Assembly (NCBI GenBank): GCA_036556765.1
Contig: DATBIU010000008.1
Span: forward strand, 1 to 58,590
DNA from: Gemmatimonadaceae bacterium
Lineage (GTDB): Bacteria; Gemmatimonadota; Gemmatimonadetes; Gemmatimonadales; Gemmatimonadaceae
DNA: 58,590 bases
Reading direction: 5' to 3'
A program made the translations under genes and the position numbers. This document shows positions 26,814-35,470 of this stretch, piece by piece. Numbering within the stretch: the stretch's first letter is position 1; each line of letters begins with the position of its first letter. The notes under the pieces are model-generated. The model was not told the origin of the DNA. It did not search any database and saw nothing but the letters and a program-made list of their open reading frames with translations.

Positions 26814-27902
26814 ATGACCTGGCGCCGCTGGCTCATCACGATCGTCTCGTTCGCCGCCAGCATCGGCGTCTCGGTCTGGATCATCTTCGAGAGCTGGCCG
26901 GTCGAGGAGCGCTCAGTCGGCCTGCCGCTCCTCGCCCACGCGCTCTGCGCCGCCGCGGTCGCCCTCGATCTCGTCCTCCGCGCGATGAAGATCCGCCTGA
27001 GCGGCGCCTCGCTCGGCATTCCAGTGTCATTCGGCGTCGCGATGCGCACCGGCCTCGCCGGCGACTTCGCGGCCGCGATCACCCCAGCTCGAACCGGCGC
27101 CGAGCCCGCCCGCTACCTCGTGCTCGCCAAGGCGCAGATTTCCCCAGCCGCCACCTTCCTGCTGCTCTTCGCCGAGCTCTTCCTCGAGATGCTCGCGCTC
27201 GTCGTCGTCGCGATGGGCATCGCGCTCTTCTTCACCGACGAGCCCGACACCAGCCTCGGCTGGATCGTCGGGCTCGTCGGCGGTTATGCGACGTTCGTCA
27301 TCGGCGTGGGAATGGCGGCGGTGCTGCTCGCCTGGCGACGGTCGAGCGGGCCGCCGCCCTGGTGGGCGAGGCGCATTGGATTCAACGCGCTCCGGTGGCG
27401 CGGCATTCAGCGATCGCTCCGTCGGCTGCGGTCGAGCGCGACGCTCATTCGGAACGCCAGGCTCGACTACTTCATGCTCGGCCTCGTCGTGTCGGTCCTC
27501 CACGTGCTGGCGCGACTGGCGGTGCTGCCGATCATCGTCTACTCGTTAGGAGGGGAAGCGCCACTCTCCAAGCTCGTGCTGTGGCCGCTGGCGCTCTTCT
27601 ACGGCTCGGTCGTCGCGCCCGTCCCCGGTGGGGGCGGCATCGTGGAGGTCGGCTTCAAGGCGACGCTCGGCGGCGTAATTCCGGTGGCGCTGTTCGGCGC
27701 CTCGCTCGTCTGGTGGCGCTTCTACACGTTCTACCTGTACATTCTCCTCGGCGCGCTCGCGGCCGGCGGCACCGTCCTTCGGGCGCTTCGCTCCGCTGAG
27801 GAGAACGGAAGCATCGGGGAGAACGGTACGCCCGACGTCACTCCCGCGGAGCCGCACGAGGCACTCTCCGTCGATCACCAGGTGACCGATCGGGTTCCGT
27901 GA
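26814..27902 (+). CDS. UPF0104 / lysylphosphatidylglycerol-synthase-TM-region family membrane protein
   Basis: Polytopic membrane protein containing LAGDFAAAITPARTGAEPARYLVL and VAPVPGGGGIVEVGF. Confidence 0.7.
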   Translation: MTWRRWLITIVSFAASIGVSVWIIFESWPVEERSVGLPLLAHALCAAAVALDLVLRAMKIRLSGASLGIPVSFGVAMRTGLAGDFAAAITPARTGAEPARYLVLAKAQISPAATFLLLFAELFLEMLALVVVAMGIALFFTDEPDTSLGWIVGLVGGYATFVIGVGMAAVLLAWRRSSGPPPWWARRIGFNALRWRGIQRSLRRLRSSATLIRNARLDYFMLGLVVSVLHVLARLAVLPIIVYSLGGEAPLSKLVLWPLALFYGSVVAPVPGGGGIVEVGFKATLGGVIPVALFGASLVWWRFYTFYLYILLGALAAGGTVLRALRSAEENGSIGENGTPDVTPAEPHEALSVDHQVTDRVP

Positions 27903-28579
27903 GATCACTCACTCGCTGCGCACTCCTCGCTGTGGCAATCGGTGCATGTGGCGGCGACGCCGACCAGCCGGCGTCCGACAGCGTGGCCGCGGGCCCCGCC
28001 ATTACCATCCGCCGCTCGCGCGAGGTCGACCTTACCGGTGATCGTCGGCCGGAGCGGTTTGTGGTCCTCGCCAGCGGACCTCGGCACGATTCACTCGACG
28101 TCACCCTCGAGATTCGCTCGCCCGAGGATTCCCTCCTCTACACGGACTCGTGGGACTCGGGGATGTACTTCCGCTACGACGACCGCTCGCAGCTCACCGA
28201 CTCGGCGGTCGAGCAGCGCGTGCGCGCGCAGGTTGATTCATTGCTGGGCAGCAGCGCGTTTCGCCCCGGTGGCAACGAGCTGACGACCGATGAGCGTGTG
28301 AACCGCGACGGGATGCGCGACGCGATCCGGTACGACATCGCGGAGGACATGTGGCGGCGCGCGAATCGGATCCCGATCGACTCGTCGACACCCCCGACCG
28401 CCCTCGATGCGGTGGAGGCGTTCGCCCGCGACAGCGTGAGCGACGCGCGCGTGGAGTCTCTGGTGGCGGAGCTGCGGGCACGGCCGACCTTCCGGTACTT
28501 CGCGGGCGGTGAGGCGACGTACGAGATCGCGTGGTCCCAGGAGGAGGGGAGGTTCGTGACCGTGGCGGCGTGCTGTTGA
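27899..28579 (+). CDS. Hypothetical lipoprotein
   Basis: GTGA overlap with the previous gene. Lipobox AIGACGG. Confidence 0.6.
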   Translation: MRSLTRCALLAVAIGACGGDADQPASDSVAAGPAITIRRSREVDLTGDRRPERFVVLASGPRHDSLDVTLEIRSPEDSLLYTDSWDSGMYFRYDDRSQLTDSAVEQRVRAQVDSLLGSSAFRPGGNELTTDERVNRDGMRDAIRYDIAEDMWRRANRIPIDSSTPPTALDAVEAFARDSVSDARVESLVAELRARPTFRYFAGGEATYEIAWSQEEGRFVTVAACC

Positions 28580-28657
28580 TGCGGACTGCGGACCGCGGAC
28601 TGCGGATTGCGGGCCGCACTCCCCAGAGGCAATCCGCGCTCCGCAATCCGCAATCGG
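28578..28657. repeat. Class-2 tandem-repeat hairpin (GCGGAYT / CGCAATC 7-mers)
   Basis: gatgcggactgcggaccgcggactgcggattgcggg faces gcaatccgcgctccgcaatccgcaatcgg. The right arm ends 8 nt before the TetR ATG. Confidence 0.85.
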
Positions 28658-28664
28658 TTCGCTC

Positions 28665-29246
28665 ATGTCCTTAACAGCTGTTCAATCGACCCGCCCCCAA
28701 CTCCTCGCCTCGGCGCTCGAGGTGCTGGAGGAACATGGGCTCGAGGGACTCAGCATGAGGGCAGTCGCGGATCGGGCGGGGATCTCGGCGCCCGCTCTTT
28801 ACTGGCACTTCGCCGACAAGGAGGCCCTGGTCCGCGAGGTCGCACGCGAGGTCTCCAGCACGATGAAGGCCCGGATGCTCGAGGCAAGCACGGCTGCAAC
28901 GTCGGAGGCTCGGCTGCGGCGGACGCTCGAGGCATTTCGCGCCTTCGCGGTGTCGCATCCCTCGTATTTTCATATGCTTTTCGTGCGCCCGCCCACGACG
29001 AGACGGGGCGAGGCCCGCGATGGCGGGGCCGGCCTGGCGATTCTCCAGCTGCTCGTCGACCGGGTGGGCGACTGCATGCGCGACGGCAGTCTGGCCAAGG
29101 GTGACGCTCAAAGCGTGGCGATGAGCCTCGCCGCGCTCGCGCAGGGACTGGTGGTTCTTAACCAACGCGGCCGATTCCCGACCGAGACCGCGTTTGCGCA
29201 GTTTTTCGACCTGTCACTCGACCGAATGATGGGCGGCCTGCGCTGA
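28665..29246 (+). CDS. TetR-family transcriptional regulator
   Basis: Helix-turn-helix segment LSMRAVADRAGISAPALYWHFADKEAL. Confidence 0.85.
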   Translation: MSLTAVQSTRPQLLASALEVLEEHGLEGLSMRAVADRAGISAPALYWHFADKEALVREVAREVSSTMKARMLEASTAATSEARLRRTLEAFRAFAVSHPSYFHMLFVRPPTTRRGEARDGGAGLAILQLLVDRVGDCMRDGSLAKGDAQSVAMSLAALAQGLVVLNQRGRFPTETAFAQFFDLSLDRMMGGLR

Positions 29247-29250
29247 CCGA

Positions 29251-29274
29251 AGTCCTTAACTTGTGTTAAGGACT
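29251..29274. promoter_or_regulatory. Perfect 10-bp AT-richer palindrome; either a terminator or a TetR operator candidate
   Basis: agtccttaac-ttgt-gttaaggact. The half-site GTCCTTAAC recurs at 28667-28675, overlapping the TetR start codon and adjoining the palindrome AACAGCTGTT (28673-28682). Confidence 0.4.
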
Positions 29275-29294
29275 CCGCGCCCGTCGCTCGTCGA

Positions 29295-30455
29295 TCAGTA
29301 GCCGAGCAGCTTCCGGATTCGCTCGAGCCGTTCCGGCGACGCCGGCCCCGTGAGCGCAAAGTCGGTTCCGGCCGCGTCCGTCCATCGGATCGTCGTGTAC
29401 GTCGCAACGCTATCCGCCCGCGCCGGAGCCTGGGCTCGCTCCCGTTCCGCGCGCTCCACGGGCACAGGCGCGCGCTCGTCCAACGTCACGAGCAGGTCGT
29501 CCACCCGGTAGATCCGCCGCCGAACCTCGCGTCCATCTTCGGTCATCATCTCTTCCTGCACCAGGCGCGGCCCGGCCCCGAGCGCCGCCATCGGCGCGGG
29601 CGCGGCTGCACCCGCCGCGCCACCGACGGCCGGCGCCGCGGGACGTGGCTCCGCGAACTTGGCCTGTGCCTCCGCGCTCCGCCGTCGTGTCAGGGCTCCT
29701 ACCGCCTTCTCGGCGATCGATGACGACGCGTCTTCCTCGCGCCCCTGACGCGTCTCCGCCGGTCGCGCGTCGGCGACGCGCAGCGACCGAAGCGAGTCGT
29801 CGGTGCGCGCCAGCGGGGCCGCCGCGGCGTTGGCCGTCACGGTCGGCTCGGTCTGCTGCACGATTGCGGGTGGTGGCGCCGAGTCCTTCGTCTCTCGCGT
29901 GGCCACGAGATCGCGCGCTGGAGCCGGGGAGGGCGACATCGCTCTCGGTCTCACGGCGCGCACGACGGGTGCTTCGCTCGGCAGCTCTTCCGCCACGACC
30001 CCCTGCGGTGACGGAGAATCCGCCGCCGCTATCTCCATCGTGCGCACCGGCTCCGAGGCCAGATCCTGCTGCACTGCCGGAGGGGTATTGCGCGCGATCA
30101 CCAGCGAGAGCGCCCCACCGGCGACCACCAGCGTGAGCACGGCCGCGATCCGTTCCCGAACGAGCCACGTCGCGGGAGCCCAGCGTCTAGCGCCCTCAGC
30201 CCCCCTAGCGCCCCTAGCGCCCCTAACGCCCCTAGCGCCCTTAGCGCCCTTAGCGCCCTTAGCGCCCTCGACGTTCGCCACCCCATCGAGCGCCGTCAGA
30301 ATCCGCGTCGACGCGGCGATGAGCCCGCGCGCCTCGGCCACCGCATCGGCGCACGCGGAGCACGATGCAACGTGCGCCTCGGCGCGGGCGGCCTCCTCGG
30401 TGCTGAGCGCCCCGTCCAGCCAGGCGTGAATGGTCCCTTCGTCAAGATGCTGCAT
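29295..30455 (-). CDS. Anti-sigma factor (zf-HC2 type) with one TM helix and an Ala/Pro-rich outer region
   Basis: Begins MQHLDEGTIHAWLDGAL...HVASCSACADAV. GAGGAA lies 5 nt upstream of the ATG at 30455. It overlaps the sigma gene stop. Confidence 0.8.
   Translation of the reverse strand: MQHLDEGTIHAWLDGALSTEEAARAEAHVASCSACADAVAEARGLIAASTRILTALDGVANVEGAKGAKGAKGARGVRGARGARGAEGARRWAPATWLVRERIAAVLTLVVAGGALSLVIARNTPPAVQQDLASEPVRTMEIAAADSPSPQGVVAEELPSEAPVVRAVRPRAMSPSPAPARDLVATRETKDSAPPPAIVQQTEPTVTANAAAAPLARTDDSLRSLRVADARPAETRQGREEDASSSIAEKAVGALTRRRSAEAQAKFAEPRPAAPAVGGAAGAAAPAPMAALGAGPRLVQEEMMTEDGREVRRRIYRVDDLLVTLDERAPVPVERAERERAQAPARADSVATYTTIRWTDAAGTDFALTGPASPERLERIRKLLGY
30188..30268. repeat. 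Class-7 in-frame 9-nt array (TAGCGCCCY x9) inside the anti-sigma CDS
   Basis: Read on the minus strand it gives EGAKGAKGAKGARGVRGARGARGAEGAR. It sits between the zf-HC2 domain and the TM helix. Confidence 0.9.
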
Positions 30456-30963
30456 GCGTTCCTCGCGCACTCGCGCGCTGTTGTTCTTCGTAGACCTCGA
30501 CGAGGCGCCGGCGAGCCCGCGACAGCGTCGTCCCCACCGAGCCGGGCGACAAGTCCAGGGCCACCGCGATCTCCTCGTAGCTCAATCCTTCCTCGCGCAT
30601 CAGCAGCGCGAGTCGGTCGCGCTCGGCCAGCGCATCGACGGCGCGCCGAGCCATGGCTGCTTCCTGGGCCCGCTCGAGCGACGTCGCTTCCTGCTCCACC
30701 GGACCCTCGGCGCGCTCGCGCTCGGCCAGCAGCGCGAGGTGACGTCGTCTCCGCGCATCCTTCCGCGCCTCATCGCGCACGAGATTCGTCGCCACCGCGA
30801 ACAGCCAGGCCCGTTCGTTGTCGATGCGATCCTGGCGGAGGGCGCGCAGGAAAGTCTCCTGCGCGACCTCCTCCGCCCAGTCGCGGTCGCCCAATCGCCT
30901 CGTGAGATAGCGCACGAGCGGTGCGTTATAGGTGCGAAACAGCCGCTCGACGTCGCCGCTCAC
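30442..30963 (-). CDS. ECF (sigma-70 family, group 4) RNA polymerase sigma factor
   Basis: Region 2 is AEEVAQETFLRAL. Region 4 is LSYEEIAVALDLSPGSVGTTLSRARRRL. GTG start. Confidence 0.9.
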   Translation of the reverse strand: MSGDVERLFRTYNAPLVRYLTRRLGDRDWAEEVAQETFLRALRQDRIDNERAWLFAVATNLVRDEARKDARRRRHLALLAERERAEGPVEQEATSLERAQEAAMARRAVDALAERDRLALLMREEGLSYEEIAVALDLSPGSVGTTLSRARRRLVEVYEEQQRASARGTHAAS

Positions 30964-30967
30964 CGGC

Positions 30968-33193
30968 TCACCACGCCCTCACGACCGATGCGATCTCGTC
31001 CCCGCTCATCCGCTCCACGCCATCGGGTGCGATCGCGATCGCGACGCTCGTCCCGCGCACCAGCACCCGGTCGCCCAGCGCGAAGGCTGCAGCGAGGTCG
31101 GGCAGCTCGCGAACGAGCGCGAAGTACGCTTCCGAGTAGGCCTTCACCTTCACCACGCGCGTGCCCTCCGAGAATCGTGCATCGGTCCATACGCTGTCAC
31201 GCAATACGAACGTGCGTGTGTCGACGCGCCGTGAGATGATACCCTCTTCTCGCGCGACGGGTGCCGCGGCATCTGCTTCGGCCAGCGTCCGCGCGCTCCG
31301 CATGGCCGACGCCGCCTTCGCCTCCTCGAACGCCTGCACGCGAGGGGCAGCCGCAGCACCGCGGGCAGCGCCGAGGTCGCGCGCCGAGTCGACGCGCCGA
31401 CGGTTGGCCACCTGCCCGGGCTCGAGCACGAGGTAGGACGTGAGCTCGGTGGGGATGCCGTACTTCTCTCCCAGCGACCGGATCTCGTCGTCGATCTCCG
31501 GCGAGGGACCATTGCGCCGCCGTTCCGCGCTCAGGTATCCCACGCGTTGCGTCGCCCACAGGCGCGCGACGAAGGCATTGTCGCGATCGCGCTCGGGCAG
31601 CTCCGCTTCCGTGGTCCACGACACCGGGCCGTTGGCCGACTCACCCTCGAAGCGAATGAGAATCGTTCCACTTCCTTCGTACCGGGCGAGGACGACCAGG
31701 TCCTGCCCAGCGAACAGGTCGTAGGGACCGGCCGGGTGCATCCGGGACAGGCGCGCGCCCTCGACCCGAACGCGAAGGTCGGTCGCCACGGGACTCGTGA
31801 GGCGCGAGGCCACGACGCTCACCGCGCGCTCCACCGACTCGTTCGGCCGCACGAAGTGCGCGGTGCCGCGGCCTTCGAGAGCGAGACGCTCGAGCAGTGC
31901 GACGTTGAGGTCCGCACCCACGCCGAAGGTGAAGATGCGGCGCCGCCCGCGCTCGTTGGCCGCCTGCTCGGCGATCTTCTCGGGATTGCGCTCGCCCACC
32001 GTCGCCTCGCCGTCGGTCACGAACAGCACCAGCGGCAACCGGCCGTTGCTTGCTGGAACGGACAGCGCCTCCTCCAGTGCACCGGAGATGTTCGTCGATC
32101 CTTCCGCGCGCAGTCGATCGAGATACCGCTCCGCGGCAGCGATGTTGTCGCGCGTCGCGAAGAGCGGCTCATCGCGGAAAGTGCGCACGTCGCTCGCGAA
32201 GTCGATCAAGCGGAAGCGGTCGCGAGGAGACAGCGTCGCCAGAAGCTGTTTGCCCGCCTCGCGCGCCTGCTCGATCTTCTTGCCACTCATCGAGCCCGAC
32301 ACGTCGAGCACCAGCGTGACATCCCGCGGTGTTTGCCGCGGCGCGATGGCCGGCGGGGAGAGCGTGAGCAGCGCGAAACCGTCTTCGCGCCCCGGAGCGT
32401 GGGAGAGAACGCCGATCGCGGCGCGCGCGCCGCGACGCAGGGGGAGCAGCAGCGTCATCTCGCGCGTGCCGCCCGACAGCTCGACGTGTCCCATCTCACG
32501 ATCGTCCGTGAGGCGGACGTCGTGCGTCGGCGAATACGGACGGCCGTAGCTCGCGCGGGGATAGCTCAGCCGAAAGCGAAGCCTGCCTTCCGGGTCGTCG
32601 CCATTGGCCACGACGTCCGCGACCGGTCCTGAGCGGCCTCCGCGGAAATAATCCACGCGGTGCGCGTCGCCTTCACGCTCGGCCACCGCGTGGAAGCGCA
32701 CGACGATGCGGCGCGTCTCGCCGGCAGCGATCGGGAAGATGCGCGTGCGCAAGAGCCCGTGCCCCATCCACTCGACGAGCGCCGGGTCACGGCTGCGCCT
32801 GACGATGTCCTCGTAGATCCGGCGCGCTTCATCGGCGCCGAGCGTCTCGCCGGCGACGAGCTCACCATTGATCTCGAGCTTCAGCCCCTCGAACGCGGCG
32901 TTCTTCGGAAGGGGAAAGAGATAATCCGCCTCACCGACCGCGCCACCGCGATTGATGAACGTCTCCTCCACCTCGTAATGCAGCACGCCGTCGCGCAGCT
33001 CGACGTCGACGTTGCTCGCCCGTCGCACGATGTGCGCGGCAGGCACACGCCGGCAGTCCCGGCCCGGACAGGGAGGACAGCCTCGGCAATCCGGACACGG
33101 CGCCGGGAGGCAGGGGCGTGGAATGATGCGTCCCTGGGCCAGTGCAGGCACCGGGGACAGCAGGAGCGCGAGAGCAAGAAGAACGAGACGCAT
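30968..33193 (-). CDS. Secreted VIT + von Willebrand factor A domain protein
   Basis: Has a signal peptide. The VIT-like region is YEVEETFINRGGAVGEADYLFPLP. The vWA MIDAS motif is LVLDVSGSMSG. Confidence 0.85.
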   Translation of the reverse strand: MRLVLLALALLLSPVPALAQGRIIPRPCLPAPCPDCRGCPPCPGRDCRRVPAAHIVRRASNVDVELRDGVLHYEVEETFINRGGAVGEADYLFPLPKNAAFEGLKLEINGELVAGETLGADEARRIYEDIVRRSRDPALVEWMGHGLLRTRIFPIAAGETRRIVVRFHAVAEREGDAHRVDYFRGGRSGPVADVVANGDDPEGRLRFRLSYPRASYGRPYSPTHDVRLTDDREMGHVELSGGTREMTLLLPLRRGARAAIGVLSHAPGREDGFALLTLSPPAIAPRQTPRDVTLVLDVSGSMSGKKIEQAREAGKQLLATLSPRDRFRLIDFASDVRTFRDEPLFATRDNIAAAERYLDRLRAEGSTNISGALEEALSVPASNGRLPLVLFVTDGEATVGERNPEKIAEQAANERGRRRIFTFGVGADLNVALLERLALEGRGTAHFVRPNESVERAVSVVASRLTSPVATDLRVRVEGARLSRMHPAGPYDLFAGQDLVVLARYEGSGTILIRFEGESANGPVSWTTEAELPERDRDNAFVARLWATQRVGYLSAERRRNGPSPEIDDEIRSLGEKYGIPTELTSYLVLEPGQVANRRRVDSARDLGAARGAAAAPRVQAFEEAKAASAMRSARTLAEADAAAPVAREEGIISRRVDTRTFVLRDSVWTDARFSEGTRVVKVKAYSEAYFALVRELPDLAAAFALGDRVLVRGTSVAIAIAPDGVERMSGDEIASVVRAW

Positions 33194-33365
33194 GGAGCCT
33201 TCCGTCTGATGTTGCTAAGGAGACGTCGACGGACCGCCGGCTTGCACACCGAGTGTCTCTGCCTCGTCGCTCTTCTACCGAATAGGCCCCGGCACCGCCG
33301 ATACAGCGGGCCTGACGAATAGAGGGCGCTCCGGTATTCACTCCCCGGGCCCGGCGCGAACGCGG

Positions 33366-34244
33366 CTAGCTCGCCTCCCCTCGCCTCTGCTCGCCTCCCG
33401 ACCTCGCCATGACGCGCACGGCGAGGAGGTTCTTGTCCGCGCGACCCAGCACCTTGGTGAGGTTCTCGCGCGGGTAGCGCACCGCCCAGCCCAGTGAAAA
33501 CTCGACCGGTGCAGAGCGGAGGGCCGAGCGCTGCAGGCGACCGACGACCTGCTGCACTCGCTCGCCATCGGCGTCGGCCAGCATGATGACGAATTCATCC
33601 CCACCCAGACGCACCACGGCGTCCTCGGCTCGAACGTGACGCATGAGGAAGCGCGCCATCTTCACCAGGGCCCGGTCGCCGGCCTGATGCCCGAACCGAT
33701 CGTTGAACTGCTTGAAGTGATCGATGTCGATGATGATGCATCCCCAGGATTCCCCGGGGCGGGCGCTGGCACGCCGCTCGAGAGTCGACAGATATCGCCG
33801 GTTGTAGCACCCGGTGAGGGGGTCGCGCAGGCTCTGCTGGACGAGATCGTCGGCGGCTCGCTTGCGCTCCGTGATGTCGACCAGCACGCCGTAGTAGCGG
33901 ATCTCGCCGGTCCGAGGGTCTCCGGCGGCGTAGCTGCTGTCGAGCACGGTGCGGACCGTACCGTCCGCCCGGCGGATCTCGAGCTCGACCTCCTGCGCGT
34001 GGCCGTCGCGATCGACGACCTCGAGCACGCGCGGCCGTTGCGCCGGATCGGTGAGAAACTCATCCACGCGCCGGGCCTTCAGCGCGTCGATCGACTCGAC
34101 GCCCAGGATCTCGAGGAGCGCGGGATTGGCGTCGAGGAACGCGCCTTCGGGGGTCGTGATGTACATCCCCACACGCACGTGGCGCACGAACTCACGCAGC
34201 GTCTCGCCATCGGCGAGGCTCGGCGACTGTGGGCGCCGGTTCAT
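33366..34244 (-). CDS. PAS-GGDEF diguanylate cyclase
   Basis: Contains DPLTGCYNRRY, IDIDHFKQFND and RLGGDEFVIM. ATGA overlap with the upstream HD-GYP gene. Confidence 0.9.
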   Translation of the reverse strand: MNRRPQSPSLADGETLREFVRHVRVGMYITTPEGAFLDANPALLEILGVESIDALKARRVDEFLTDPAQRPRVLEVVDRDGHAQEVELEIRRADGTVRTVLDSSYAAGDPRTGEIRYYGVLVDITERKRAADDLVQQSLRDPLTGCYNRRYLSTLERRASARPGESWGCIIIDIDHFKQFNDRFGHQAGDRALVKMARFLMRHVRAEDAVVRLGGDEFVIMLADADGERVQQVVGRLQRSALRSAPVEFSLGWAVRYPRENLTKVLGRADKNLLAVRVMARSGGEQRRGEAS

Positions 34245-35470
34245 TCCGTCGCTCCTCCGTTCGCAGCGGCCGGGGTCGCGACAGGGGTCGGCTCCGCCGG
34301 CTGTCGCACGGGCGTCTTTTCATCGACGACGACGAGTCGGCGATCGAGCTGCCGCATCATCGCGCAGAAGGCGCGAGCGATATCGGGATCGAACTCGGTG
34401 CCGGCGCGCGACTCGATGTACTCGAGGGCCCGCTCGGATTCCCAGGCATCGCGATAGGGGCGTGTCGTTCGCAGGGCGTCGTACACGTCGCAGACGTGCA
34501 CGAGGCGGCTCGCCCGGTGGCAGTCGCGGCCGTAGTGGAGGCAGGGATAGCCGCCTCCGTTGAGCATGATGTGGTGCTCGTAGGCGACGACGGCCGCGAG
34601 ATCCAGCTGCTTGTCGCTGGCGAAGATGATGCGCGCGCCATCCGCCGGGTGCCGGTTCATGATCGCGCGCTCCTCGGTCGTGAGGCGACCCGGCTTCACG
34701 AGGATCTCACGCGGGATACGCACTTTCCCGAGATCGTGGAGAAGACCGGCGACGCCGTAGGCGCGCACGTCTCGCTTGCCCAGCCCCATCGACTCGGCGA
34801 GCGCCATCGCGAGCACGGAGACGTTCATCGAGTGCGTGGTGGTGTACTGGTCGAACTCCTTGAGCTCGAGCAGCGGGATGACGACCTGGCTTTCGCCATG
34901 CATGGCGACGGACAGCGACCGCACCACCGCCTCCGCCTCGACGAGCGGCAGCTCGCCACGATGCTCGACCTCGTTATGCAGCCACCGGACGGCGTCCGCT
35001 TCCTCGCCCAGGGTGTACGTGATCGTGGCCGTCGGCAGCGCGTCGCCGGCCGCCTTGAGACCGGTGCTGCCGCGCACACCGACGGCGCCGAACCGGATCT
35101 TGGACGGTCGCGTCTGGCGCTGCTCGGTCGTGTCGACCTCCCCGAGCGTGAGGCGCGCGATCACATCGCCGAGGAACGTCTCATACTCCTCGCGCGTGAC
35201 ACCGGGCTGTAGCTCGATGCGCTGGATGCCGGCGGCCGCGAGCCGGCCTCCCCATTCCCACTCGCGCATCTCCCGCAGGGCGCGCTCGCCGTAGATCACC
35301 TCCGCGCCGAGGAACGAGAATCGCGCCGACGGATCGTGCCGCTGCAGCGCTTCGAGATGCTCGAAGGCGTTGTCGATGGCTTTCTCGCGCGCGGGGTGGC
35401 CATCGCCATACAGCGCCATCGTCGACAGCGCCTGGGCGAACGCCGAGAGAAAGCGAGAGGGCTCGCTCAT
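34241..35470 (-). CDS. HD-GYP domain c-di-GMP phosphodiesterase-like protein
   Basis: Contains HSMNVSVLAMALAE, GLLHDLGK and HHIMLNGGGYP. Start is MSEPSRF at 35470, with an ATGA overlap onto the upstream gene. Confidence 0.85.
   Translation of the reverse strand: MSEPSRFLSAFAQALSTMALYGDGHPAREKAIDNAFEHLEALQRHDPSARFSFLGAEVIYGERALREMREWEWGGRLAAAGIQRIELQPGVTREEYETFLGDVIARLTLGEVDTTEQRQTRPSKIRFGAVGVRGSTGLKAAGDALPTATITYTLGEEADAVRWLHNEVEHRGELPLVEAEAVVRSLSVAMHGESQVVIPLLELKEFDQYTTTHSMNVSVLAMALAESMGLGKRDVRAYGVAGLLHDLGKVRIPREILVKPGRLTTEERAIMNRHPADGARIIFASDKQLDLAAVVAYEHHIMLNGGGYPCLHYGRDCHRASRLVHVCDVYDALRTTRPYRDAWESERALEYIESRAGTEFDPDIARAFCAMMRQLDRRLVVVDEKTPVRQPAEPTPVATPAAANGGATE

Noticed and set aside
33312-33340. 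Possible ECF-type promoter upstream of the VIT-vWA / sigma operon. The minus strand reads GTGAATA-N-TCGTCA.
   Set aside because: The -35-like motif is GAAT rather than GAAC. The spacing to CGTC is about 18 nt, longer than the usual 16-17. A chance match is likely without TSS data.
33370-33408. CTCGCCTCYS repeated 3-4 times at about 10-nt spacing at the 3' end of the GGDEF gene, possibly a degenerate repeat arm.
   Set aside because: The period is irregular (10, 10, 13), there is no complementary arm, and the run lies wholly inside the coding sequence. The evidence is too weak to count it as a family member.
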